A stretch of DNA of 64,000 nt, taken from the NCBI GenBank assembly GCA_964016885.1, contig OZ024740.1, positions 4,836,001-4,900,000 on the forward strand, given 5' to 3'. The notes under the pieces are model-generated. The model was not told the DNA's origin. It made no database searches and was given only the letters and a program-made list of their open reading frames with translations. Of this stretch, positions 1-10,000 are shown piece by piece; the stretch's first letter is position 1; every line of letters begins with the position of its first letter. The stretch is from Eledone cirrhosa (lineage: Eukaryota). A program made the position numbers and the translations under genes.

Positions 1-60
1 GGGTTGCTAACTAAAAGTATTGCGTGGAAAATTGGCTGTATTATTTCAAATAAGACATAG

Positions 61-63
<3 letters not shown>

Positions 64-102
<39 letters not shown>

Positions 103-130
103 CCAGATATGATATATATATATATATATA

Positions 131-207
<77 letters not shown>

Positions 208-272
208 GTATATATATATATATATGAAACAGACATGATATATATATATATGAGCATATATATATATATATA
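64..272. repeat. (TA)n microsatellite, interrupted
   Basis: Long runs of tatatata with short interruptions. ORFs 61..381 and 109..309 are just YI repeats. Confidence 0.97.
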
Positions 273-787
273 TTTGGGGGGTGGGAGTGCTATTTTTGTT
301 TGTATGTAATATGTATGTATGTATGGATGTATGTGTGTGTGTATGTGTGTACACACAAAAGTCCCCCCCCCCCTCCTCCACATTGATTTTATTGATTTAT
401 CGTTATTGAATGGCTGTTATGCTTATTTTGCCACAACACGAATTTTACACTCGGTGGATATAATTTCACTGAACCAGTCTTGAGATAAAAATAGATTTGA
501 ACCCCCATTGATTTTCTTGAATAGTGAGACTGTCATGTGTTTATTGTACATAAACATATTTTGTGTATATATATATAGTTATGTAATAAACAACATAAGA
601 TAATTATTCCATTTTCCAAAGGTTTCAGGAAGACAGACGAGCTTGAACAGACGTCTCAAATTACTCATCAGAATAATTGTTTATGTTCTTTATTACATAA
701 CTAAATAGCTCTGTAGTCTACATAGAGCACTCTCCTTTCTTTTACCTTTCCTACGGAAACACTTAATATATATATATATAACCCAAG

Positions 788-908
788 CTCACAGAGGAGA
801 TGAGGGACCGTGACGAATGGAGAGATGCTGTGCTGAAGAGGACCTGTCCCACCCTTGCAAGCATCGAAAAATGGACGTAAAATGAATGGTGATGATGATG
901 ATGATGAT
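788..908 (+). mobile_element. RTE-clade LINE extreme 3' end with (GAT)n tail
   Basis: 788-880 translates LTEEMRDRDEWRDAVLKRTCPTLASIEKWT*, matching the RTE ORF2 C-terminal DRxxWR pattern. It is followed almost immediately by a (GAT)n tail, typical of RTE elements. Confidence 0.65.
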
Positions 909-1090
909 CATCATCACCGTTTTAAGTCCATTCTTCCACGCTAGCATGGATTTGACAGGTTGTCCTGTTGTGGGCAGTGTCCGTTCGGCTGACCTTGTCT
1001 TGCTCATACAGGAACTGATTCTGGCTTGATTTCTACAGCTGAATTCCCTTCCTAACACCAACCTCATTTACAGTGAGTAATGGGTGCTGG
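907..1090 (-). mobile_element. Non-autonomous retroposon (SINE-like) fragment with an RTE-type 3' end, copy 1
   Basis: Begins on + with atcatcatcaccgttttaagtccattcttccacgctagcatgg, the reverse complement of an RTE-like 3' end plus GAT tail. Collinear with the copy at 1332-1520 (shared tttctac.gctg.at.ccc.tcctaac.ccaac....atttacagtg). Confidence 0.65.
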
Positions 1091-1331
1091 ATCATGATTA
1101 TGGCAATAATAATAAAAAGGACGATTCGTTATGTCTTCATTATGTTTATTGAGTGGCGACACATGTTTCGCTATTGATCAGTTCAAGGTTTGGTCTGTAT
1201 CGATCTAGCCCGACTTTGGAATCAAAAGCTTGTCGGTCCACAACAGAAGTCCGGCAAAAAAATTTTTTTTTATCATGTTTATTGTACATAAACATATAGT
1301 ATATGTATTCATATATATCCCATTAATATAT

Positions 1332-1520
1332 CATCAATACCATTTAATGTCCAGTTTTCTAAGCTAGCATGGGTTAGACGAGTTGCCCCATTGTGACACA
1401 AGCGAGATCAGATGACCATGTCTTGCACAAATAGAACCGATTCTGGTTTCGTTTCTACGGCTGGATGCCCATCCTAACGCCAACTACATTTACAGTGTGT
1501 AGTGGCTGCTTTTTATAATG
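1332..1520 (-). mobile_element. Non-autonomous retroposon (SINE-like) fragment, copy 2
   Basis: catttaatgtccagttttctaagctagcatgggttagacg...gtttctacggctggatgcccatcctaacgccaactacatttacagtgtgtagtggctgcttttt, homologous along its length to 907-1090. Confidence 0.65.
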
Positions 1521-1526
1521 AGACAT

Positions 1527-1657
1527 GACCACTTTACAGTGTGGACTGGGTACTTTTTGTCATGACACCTGACCACTTTACAGTGTGGACTGGGTACTTT
1601 TTGTCATGACACCTGACCACTTTACAGTGTGGACTGGGTACTTTTTATCGTCACACC
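1527..1657. repeat. 44-bp tandem repeat x3, derived from a segment of the adjacent SINE-like family
   Basis: Unit gaccactttacagtgtggactgggtactttttgtcatgacacct starts at 1527, 1571 and 1615. It resembles tttacagtgtgtagtggctgcttttt at 1489-1514. Confidence 0.9.
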
Positions 1658-2141
1658 TCCTCCATCCTACACACCACACCTCTCCTTCATCCTACACACC
1701 ACACAGTTCATTACACCTCCTCTCCTCCATCAAAACTATTTTCAATACAGTAATCTCTCTATATATAAAATTCTTTGTCTCTCTCTCTCTCTGTCTGTCT
1801 GTTCCTATGCATTTTGGACCAAATCAAATTAAATTTTACAAGGTATTAGACCCCGGGAGTGGCAACATGTAATTTTCATTTTCATTTCGATTAAAACAAT
1901 ATAACATTTTAACTAAAATAATCTTTCTATAGTGAACTGAAAAACATTTTATACCACGACAACGTCACATTTTGTACATAATAATATAATAATAATAATG
2001 AAATTATTGTGTAAAGTGCTCAGGTGCACTACAACTCGTCAAATGTGCATGTATAGTACATAGAATAATATACAAATGTCAGGGAAGTGAATAGTGTATG
2101 AGTTATGATATACATCTGTGTATGTGCATGGAGGGGGAACA

Positions 2142-3627
2142 TTAGGTGTAGTGTTGGCGAATCTCGGGAAGCATGGAGGCCTTAAAGGATGCAGTGTCTC
2201 GACAGCTAACAACTGATGCAGGTAGTTTGTTCCCTGCTTCAGCAACTCTGAGTGTGAAAAAATGTTTCCGAAAGTCATGGGAACTGTGCTGTTTTCTGAG
2301 TTTGTGGGCATGTCCATGTGTGTTAGACACATGGAAATCAAAAAGGTGCTCAGGGTTGTTGTTGGCAAGACGGTTAGCAATTTTGTGGGTGTTTACCAAG
2401 TCAGTTGCCAGACGTCGGAGTTTCAATGTATCCATGCCCGGGGAAGCAAGGCGTTCAGAGTATGGTAGATGCCTGATGGAGGGTATTCGCTTGGTTGCAC
2501 GTCTCTGAACAGTTTCCAGGCGGTCAATGTCCTGAGCAAGATAGGGGTTCCAGACTGGTGATGCAAATTCTAAGTGTGGCCGCACCATAGCCATGTACAG
2601 CCTTAAATAGATAGCTGGAGAGCGGCTGACAAAGGTCTTGCTGAGTGATGCTAAGACACCCTCAGCCCTCTTGACAATTTTAGAGACGTGTCATTCTTTA
2701 AGTTGGCATCTATGTCATTAATATATGCCACAAACAAAAGGGGGCCAAGAACAGATCCCTGTGGTACACCAGATGATTTCTCATATGGTGAGGAATGTTG
2801 TCCCAGAACTGTGACTACCTCTCTTCGACTGAGAATGAAGGACTTCAACCAGTTAAAAAGATCATCTTCCACACCCATTGCAGAGAGTTTTGCCATAAGC
2901 CTTTTGTGTGGCACAGAATTGAAAGATTTAGCAAAGTCAAGGTAAACAACAGCCACCCATGAGCCGCCATCAGTGATCCGGGTGGTGTCTTCAAGAAACT
3001 CGATAAGTTGATCACAACAGCTGGAGTTAGGGATAAAACCAAATTGCGAGCGCCGGATAAGACTGTGAGAGTTCCAGAAGTTCCAAAGTGTTTCTCTGAC
3101 ACAGGATTCCATCAGTTTGGCAATGCAGCTAATAAGACTGACTGGACGATAGTTCACAGGTGATATGCGGTCACCCTTTTTGAACAGAGGAATGACATTG
3201 GCAGTTTTCCACTGTTCTGGAGTAGCACCGCTGTTCAGACAGAATTGGAAGAAGCGTGATAGCTGGTGCAGAAGGAAGTACCCAGCACGTTTGAGAAGCA
3301 GGTACGTAACACCATCAAGACCAGGAGAGGCATGGTTGCATTTATTTTTTAGGTGATGTCGGAGCATTGCAGGTGTAAATTCCATGGTTGTAATAGAGTC
3401 CGGTGTCATAGGTGGTGGAGATGGTACACTCTGGTCTTCAATAGTGAAAATGCCTGCATAGCATTCAGCAATGAGCTCTGCGCATTCCTTGGGGTCGTCA
3501 GTAACCTGGCTTGTGTGGGGATTGTGAAGAGGATCAACCCTGACAGTAAGGTGTTCCAGAACACCTTACTGTCAGGGTTGGTTGCTCTGCGCTGCTCAAA
3601 TTGAAGCACTGCCTTTTTTGTCACCTG
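2142..3627 (-). pseudogene. Reverse transcriptase ORF2 pseudogene in three frame segments
   Basis: Segments 3627-3556 (QVTKKAVLQFEQRRATNPDSKVFW), 3538-2691 (VDPLHNPHTSQVTDDPKECAELI...YINDIDANLKN) and 2690-2142 (HVSKIVKRAEGVLASLSKTF...). The catalytic (F/Y)ADD block is absent. Confidence 0.9.
3535..3580. repeat. Perfect 22-bp inverted repeat with a 2-nt loop
   Basis: caaccctgacagtaaggtgttc-ca-gaacaccttactgtcagggttg; the two arms are exact reverse complements. Confidence 0.97.
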
Positions 3628-3733
3628 TGAGTGTATGTGAGAGAATGTGTGTGTGAGTATACATACATTTCTGTGACGACTGACATAACGAACACACACA
3701 CACACATCTAAAGAGATAGAGATACAGAGGGAG

Positions 3734-3738
<5 letters not shown>

Positions 3739-3801
<63 letters not shown>
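3739..3801. repeat. (GA)n microsatellite
   Basis: Pure agagag run of about 31 units. Confidence 0.98.
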
Positions 3802-3802
<1 letters not shown>

Positions 3803-4219
3803 CTGTTATACAGAGAGAGATACTATCACAAATGACTCTTCAAGGCAGAATTAACTGGCTAAGAGCTGCGTTTTCATATGATCCGAGAAATTATAGAAAT
3901 GATTGTAAAGTCGCAATTGGTAGCATGGATATTACACTTGGCATGTGTTGATTAGGAGGAAAAGTCAGACTTCCACTGATAGAGGACCCTCCAGCTTTTA
4001 TCCATATACTACTTACAGACCATACTAACTAAGCTAAACACTTCAGAAGCAATATTATGTGGTATATTGCTGTGTTTCAGATGACGTCCTTTGGAGCTGA
4101 AAAATATCATACTGACTATGGTTATTTCACAACATTTAAAATCCAAGGCCAATGCTACTATTTAATCAGCAGTTTACTCTCCCAGCCTAATAAGGAAGTT
4201 TTATGATTGCTTTTTTTAT

Positions 4220-4287
4220 GTCTCTCTCTCTCTCACACACACACATATGCACACACACACACACAGACACACACACACACACACACA
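4220..4287. repeat. Compound (TC)n(AC)n microsatellite
   Basis: tctctctctctctcacacacacacatatgcacacac... Confidence 0.95.
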
Positions 4288-4375
4288 TTATGATCTCACC
4301 TCATAATGTAAACCAGACAACACCTCCAATTCAGTCATTTTCTCTTTTATCCATCTTTTCTTAACTGTTCTTCTA

Positions 4376-4400
4376 GGCAAAGCCGGGTACGTCAGCTAGT
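4376..4400 (+). mobile_element. Possible Helitron 3' terminus remnant
   Basis: ggcaaagccgggtacgtcagctag-t: a GC-rich mini-hairpin about 11 nt before a terminal CTAG followed by T, the canonical Helitron 3'-end layout. No 5' end identified. Confidence 0.45.
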
Positions 4401-4637
4401 ACTCAATAAATATCTTCCTCAAACTCCACTACCTTCAAGGTATATATATTCCAATATTCCAATATTTCAATAAACAAGTGGTAAACCCTTGCAGACATAT
4501 TTGTGCCAACACCAACACCCACCATCAACCTACATACATCATATCTCTTGAACAATATAACTACTTGCTTCAACTAGCAATAGAGATGACCTTTAGATAT
4601 ATCATCGGATAACGTAGTCATAGCAGTGATATACTAC

Positions 4638-4917
4638 TGATGATGATGATGGCGGTGGTGGTAGTGGTGGTGCTAATGGTGATGATGATGATGGTGGTGG
4701 TGGTGGTTATGATGAAGGTGGTGGTGGTGGTGGTGTTGTTAATGATGGTGTTGGTAATGGTGGTGTTGGAGTTGATAATGATGAATATGATGATGGTGAA
4801 GATGATGATGATGATGATGGTGAGGATGATGATGATGATGATGATGGTGATGATGGTGAGGATGATGATGATGATGACGGTGATGATGATGGTGATGATG
4901 ATGGTGATGATGATGGT
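4638..4917. repeat. (GAT)n/(GGT)n compound trinucleotide tract
   Basis: Mixed gat/ggt triplets. Overlapping ORFs on both strands are low-complexity M/V/I/T/S/P runs. Confidence 0.95.
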
Positions 4918-5035
4918 CTGCTCATGAAAAAACATGTAAGTGACTGAGCATTCCACAAGCACATATATCTTAATGTCATTCTCAGGGAGATTTAGTGTGA
5001 CATGGCTGACATTTTGAATTAGAGGTACAGTCCTG

Positions 5036-5162
5036 GTGGGCTTCCAAATGTTTGCGTTTCTCCAGCCTGTTGTTATGGTGACACTTGCCTAAAATGCCTG
5101 ACTGTGGGATTGAACCGAGGACCGAATGTTTGTGAAGTGAACCACTTCACCCCTGAACCAAG
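5036..5162 (-). mobile_element. Degenerate tRNA-derived SINE 5' portion
   Basis: The minus strand reads tggttcaggggtgaagtg...cggttcaatcccacagtcaggcattttaggcaagtgtc: an A-box-like start and a B-box-like GGTTCAATCCC (5106-5116 on +). No complete cloverleaf. Confidence 0.55.
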
Positions 5163-5175
5163 TTGTGTCTACACA

Positions 5176-5648
5176 CCATATACACTTGAATATAAGTCGA
5201 GGAAGAGATTGTAAAATATGGGTCAGGGGAGCCAGCTTATACACACCACCTAAATGTGTTCATTAGCTACCTCACCTTATACACACCACCTAAATGTGTT
5301 CATTAGCTACCTCACCTTATACACACCACCTAAATGTGTTTATTAGCTGCCTCACCTTATACACACCATCTAAACGTGTTGATTAGCTACCTCACCTTAT
5401 ATACACCACCTAAACGTGTTGATTAGCTGCCTCAGCTTATAAACAACATCTAAACGTGTTTATTAGCTACCTCACCTTATACACACCACCTAAACATATT
5501 GATTAGCTACCTCACCTTATATACACCACCTAAACGTGTTGATTAGCTGCCTCAGCTTATACACAACATCTGCCTTAGTTTATAAATGGGGTTTAGATGT
5601 TGGCCCATTTCTCAGACATAAAATAAACTTATAGTCAAGTATATATGG
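5176..5648. mobile_element. Tc1/mariner-superfamily (Tc2-like) MITE with 22-bp TIRs
   Basis: Left ccatatacacttgaatataagt (5176-5197) versus the reverse complement of right 5627-5648, ccatatatacttgactataagt: 20/22 identical. Flanks are CA (left) and TA (right), consistent with a decayed TA target duplication. The TIR resembles the CCGTATAT...TATAAG type of Tc2-like elements (from memory). Confidence 0.75.
5236..5571. repeat. 40-bp minisatellite, ~8.4 copies, inside the MITE
   Basis: Unit cttatacacaccacctaaatgtgttcattagctacctcac at 40-bp spacing. A 120-bp sub-duplication is visible (5401-5440 = 5521-5560). Confidence 0.96.
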
Positions 5649-5753
5649 TAGATGTATGTATAGTTTATAAACTACAGATGTTGTCTCAAATGGAACGGCC
5701 TGTTTGTGAGATTAAGCTGCGTCTGGCTCAGCTTTCCACAGACACATACATTC

Positions 5754-5991
5754 CTAACTCTTTAGTTACCAACCCATCCAAAACCAGTTCTGGTTCAACA
5801 AAATAAAGTTACCTATTTAAATATTTCTAATTTAAATTAAAATCTTCCAATATAATCTTATTTAAGAACCCTACGTTAAGTTACTATCTTACTAACGAAA
5901 ACATTAATACTTTTAATAAATCCCTCAAAATTCTTCATCAATCAATTGAAATAGCTGTATTTCATTAGAAATGTGGCCATGAAAGGGTTAA
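5754..5991. mobile_element. Possible degenerate piggyBac-like MITE
   Basis: Left ctaactctttagttacca versus the reverse complement of the right end, ttaaccctttcatggcca (12/18). TTAA-CCCT...AGGG-TTAA style ends with an AT-rich interior. Confidence 0.35.
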
Positions 5992-6220
5992 TATAATTCT
6001 ATGTGAGATACATCATGACTGTGTGTTAGGGCGCTAACCCTTTCAATTATAAGCAAAGTCAATCAAACAGGCATCTAAACAGTTTCTGTCTACAAAGTTT
6101 CATTTGCAAGGTATGGGTTGACCTGAGTCCATGGTATTACTGGTATTTCTGCAGCAGCTAATTCTTCTGATACACCTGGGTCTTTTTCTGTATATGGTTC
6201 AGCATATATTGGTAAAGCTG

Positions 6221-6471
6221 GTGCAGCTGATGTATAGTTAGTGCATCTGTAGATGTTGCTAGTGCAGCTGATGTATAGTTAGTGCATCTGTAGATGTTGC
6301 TAGTGCAGCTGATGTATAGTTAGTGCATCTGTAGATGTTGCTAGTGCAGCTGATGTATAGTTAGTGCATCTGTAGATGTTGCTAGTGCAGCTGATGTATA
6401 GTTAGTGCATCTGTAGATGTTGCTAGTGCAGCTGATGTATAGTTAGTGCATCTGTAGATGTTGCTAGTGCA
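6221..6471. repeat. 41-bp minisatellite, 6 identical copies
   Basis: Unit gtgcagctgatgtatagttagtgcatctgtagatgttgcta at 6221, 6262, 6303, 6344, 6385 and 6426. It is itself a 20+21 dimer, each half starting gtgca. Confidence 0.98.
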
Positions 6472-6645
6472 ACTAGGGTGCAAGTAGTGTTGCAGTTATA
6501 CACCACTGAAGCAATTAAACCACTCAATGAATAACAACGACAACAACAACAACATCCTTGTCTTAATTAACCACACATAAAACATTTATTTTCCTCCTTT
6601 TTCACATCAATATTTCTCTTGTAATAAAACTGACAAATATTCATA

Positions 6646-6968
6646 TACACAGCCCCCCTACACACACCCCCTACACAGCCCCCCTACACACACCCCCTAC
6701 ACAGCCCCCCTACACACACACCCTACACAGCCCCCCTACACACACCCCCTACACACACCCCCTACACAGCCCCCCTACACACACCCCCTACACAGCCCCC
6801 CTACACACACACCCTACACAGCCCCCCTACACACACCCCCTACACAATCCCCCTTACAGCCCTCCTACACAGTCCCCCCTTACAGCCCCCCTACACAGTC
6901 CCTCCCCCTTACAGCCCCCTACACAGTCCCTCCCCGTTACAGCCCCCTACACAGTCCCTACCCCTTAA
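6646..6968. repeat. C-rich 13-16-bp minisatellite (cccc(c)tacacag/cac)
   Basis: Alternating ccccctacacag and cccccctacacaca units, degenerating rightward. Confidence 0.93.
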
Positions 6969-7055
6969 CAAGTCGCTCTCTCCCAAACTTCCCCTCCCTC
7001 TCTCCCCCCATCACAACAGTTTAATGTTCCATACAAATATATTCATTAACCCTTA

Positions 7056-10000
7056 CATTCACCTCCACCCAACCTACACCACCTCATCATTCACCTCCAC
7101 CCAGCCTCCACCACCTCATCATTCACCTCCACCCAGGTCCACCACCTCATCATTCACCTCCACCCAGCCTCCACCACCTCATCATTCACCTCCACCCACC
7201 TCCACCACCTCATCATTCACCTCCACCCAACCTACACCACCTCATCATTCACCTCCACCCAGCCTCCACCACCTCATCATTCACCTCCACCCAGCCTCCA
7301 CCACCTCATCATTCACCTCCACCCAGCCTCCACCACCTCATCATTCACCTCCACCCAGTCTCCACCACCTCATCATTCACCTCCACCCAGCCTCCACCAC
7401 CTCATCATTCACCTCCACCCAACCTCCACCACCTCATCATTCACCTCCACCCAGGTCCACCACCTAATCATTCACCTCCACCCAGCCTCCACCACCTCAT
7501 CATTCACCTCCACCCAGGTCCACCACCTCATCATTCACCTCCACCCAGCCTCCACCACCTCATCATTCACCTCCACCCAGGTCCACCACCTCATCATTCA
7601 CCTCCACCCAGCCTCCACCACCTCATCATTCACCTCCACCCACCTCCACCACCTCATCATTCACCTCCACCCAACCTCCAACACCTCATCATTCACCTCC
7701 ACCCAACCTCCACCACCTCATCATTCACCTCCACCCAGGTACACCACCTCATCATTCACCTCCACCCAGCCTCCACCACCTCATCATTCACCTCCACCCA
7801 ACCTCCACCACCTCATCATTCACCTCCACCCAGCCTCCACCACCTCATCATTCACCTCCACCCAGCCTCCACCACCTCATCATTCACCTCCACCCAACCT
7901 CCACCACCTCATCATTCACCTCCACCCAGCCTCCACCACCTCATCATTCACCTCCACCCAGCCTCCACCACCTCATCATTCACCTCCACCCAGCCTCCAC
8001 CACCTCATCATTCACCTCCACCCAACCTCCACCACCTCATCATTCACCTCCACCCAGGTCCACCACCTCATCATTCACCTCCACCCAGCCTCCACCACCT
8101 CATCATTCACCTCCACCCAGCCTCCACCACCTCATCATTCACCTCCACCCAGCCTCCACCACCTCATCATTCACCTCCACCCAGGTCCACCACCTCATCA
8201 TTCACCTCCACCCAGCCTCCACCACCTCATCATTCACCTCCAACCAACCTCCACCACCTCATCATTCACCTCCACCCAACCTCCACCACCTCATCATTCA
8301 CCTCCACCCAACCTCCACCACCTCATCATTCACCTCCACCCAGCCTCCACCACCTCATCATTCACCTCCACCCAGCCTCCACCACCTCATCATTCACCTC
8401 CACCCAGCCTCCACCACCTCATCATTCACCTCCACCCAACCTCCACCACCTCATCATTCACCTCCACCCAGGTCCACCACCTCATCATTCACCTCCACCC
8501 AGCCTCCACCACCTCATCATTCACCTCCACCCAGCCTCCACCACCTCATCATTCACCTCCACCCAGCCTCCACCACCTCATCATTCACCTCCACCCAGCC
8601 TCCACCACCTCATCATTCACCTCCACCCAGCCTCCACCACCTCATCATTCACCTCCACCCAGGTCCACCACCTCATCATTCACCTCCACCCAGCCTCCAC
8701 CACCTCATCATTCACCTCCAACCAACCTCCACCACCTCATCATTCACCTCCACCCAACCTCCACCACCTCATCATTCACCTCCACCCAACCTCCACCACC
8801 TCATCATTCACCTCCACCCAACCTCCACCACCTCATCATTCACCTCCACCCAACCTCCACCACCTCATCATTCACCTCCACCCAGCCTCCACCACCTCAT
8901 CATTCACCTCCACCCAGCCTCCACCAACTCATCATTCACCTCCAGCCAGCCTCCACCACCTCATCATTCACCTCCACCCAGTCTCCACCACCTCATCATT
9001 CACCTCCACCCAGCCTCCACCACCTCATCATTCACCTCCACCCAACCTCCACCACCTCATCATTCACCTCCACCCAGGTCCACCACCTCATCATTCACCT
9101 CCACCCAGCCTCCACCACCTCATCATTCGCCTCCACCCAGCCTCCACCACCTCATCATTCACCTCCACCCATCCTCCACCACCTCATCATTCAACTCCAC
9201 CCACCTCCACCACCTCATCATTCACCTCCACCCAACCTCCACCACCTCATCATTCAGCTCCACCCAGCCTCCACCACCTCATCATTCACCTCCACCCAAA
9301 ATCCACCACCTAATCATTCACCTCCACCCAACCTCCACCACCTCATCATTCACCTCCACCCAACCTCCACCACCTCATCATTCACCTCCACCCAACCTCC
9401 ACCACCTCATCATTCACCTCCACCCAGGTCCACCACCTCATCATTCACCTCCACCCAACCTCCACCACCTCATCATTCACCTCCACCCAGCCTCCACCAT
9501 CTCATCATTCACCTCCACCCAGCCTCCACCACCTCATCATTCACCTCCACCCAGGTCCACCACCTCATCATTCACCTCCACCCAGCCTCCACCACCTCAT
9601 CATTCACCTCCACCCAGCCTCCACCACCTCATCATTCACCTCCACCCAACCTCCACCCAACCTCCACCACCTCATCATTCACCTCCACCAAGCCTCCACC
9701 ACCTCATCATTCACCTCCACCCAGCCTCCACCACCTCATCATTCACCTCCACCCAACCTCCACCACCTCATCATTCACCTCCACCCAACCTCCACCACCT
9801 CATCATTCACCTCCACCCAACCTCCACCACCTCATCATTCACCTCCACCCAGCCTCCACCACCTCATCATTCACCTCCACCCAGCCTCCACCACCTCATC
9901 ATTCACCTCCACCCAGCCTCCACCACCTCATCATTCACCTCCACCCAGCCTCCACCACCTCATCATTCACCTCCACCCAACCTCCACCACCTCATCATTC

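Larger units (their letters stand above)
1981..3627 (-). mobile_element. 5'-truncated CR1/L2-group LINE (ORF2 linker, RT, C-terminus, 3'UTR, (ATT)n tail); inactive
   Basis: RT motifs SPGLDGV, WKTANVIPLFKKG, NYRPVSLIS, SQFGF, VVYLDFAKSFNSVPH and SGVPQGSVLGPLLF. C-terminal RPHLEFASPVWNPY...LETVQRRATK...RKHFFTLRV is typical of CR1/L2. (AAT)n at 1981-1999 is the tail. The 5' end abuts TG-rich sequence near 3627. Confidence 0.93.

Noticed and set aside
2039-3604. Several short ORFs overlapping the LINE on both strands
   Set aside because: These are alternative or antisense frames of the RT pseudogene with no independent motifs.
5086-5162. tRNA gene
   Set aside because: A B-box-like motif is present but I could not fold an acceptor stem or cloverleaf. 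It is better explained as a decayed SINE head, as are 30912, 61895 and 63485.
6088-6228. Short stop-free minus-strand frame AAPALPIYAEPYTEKDPGVSEELAAAEIPVIPWTQ...
   Set aside because: Only ~45 codons with no recognisable domain or clear splice acceptor. Upstream it runs into the 41-bp array, which introduces stops.
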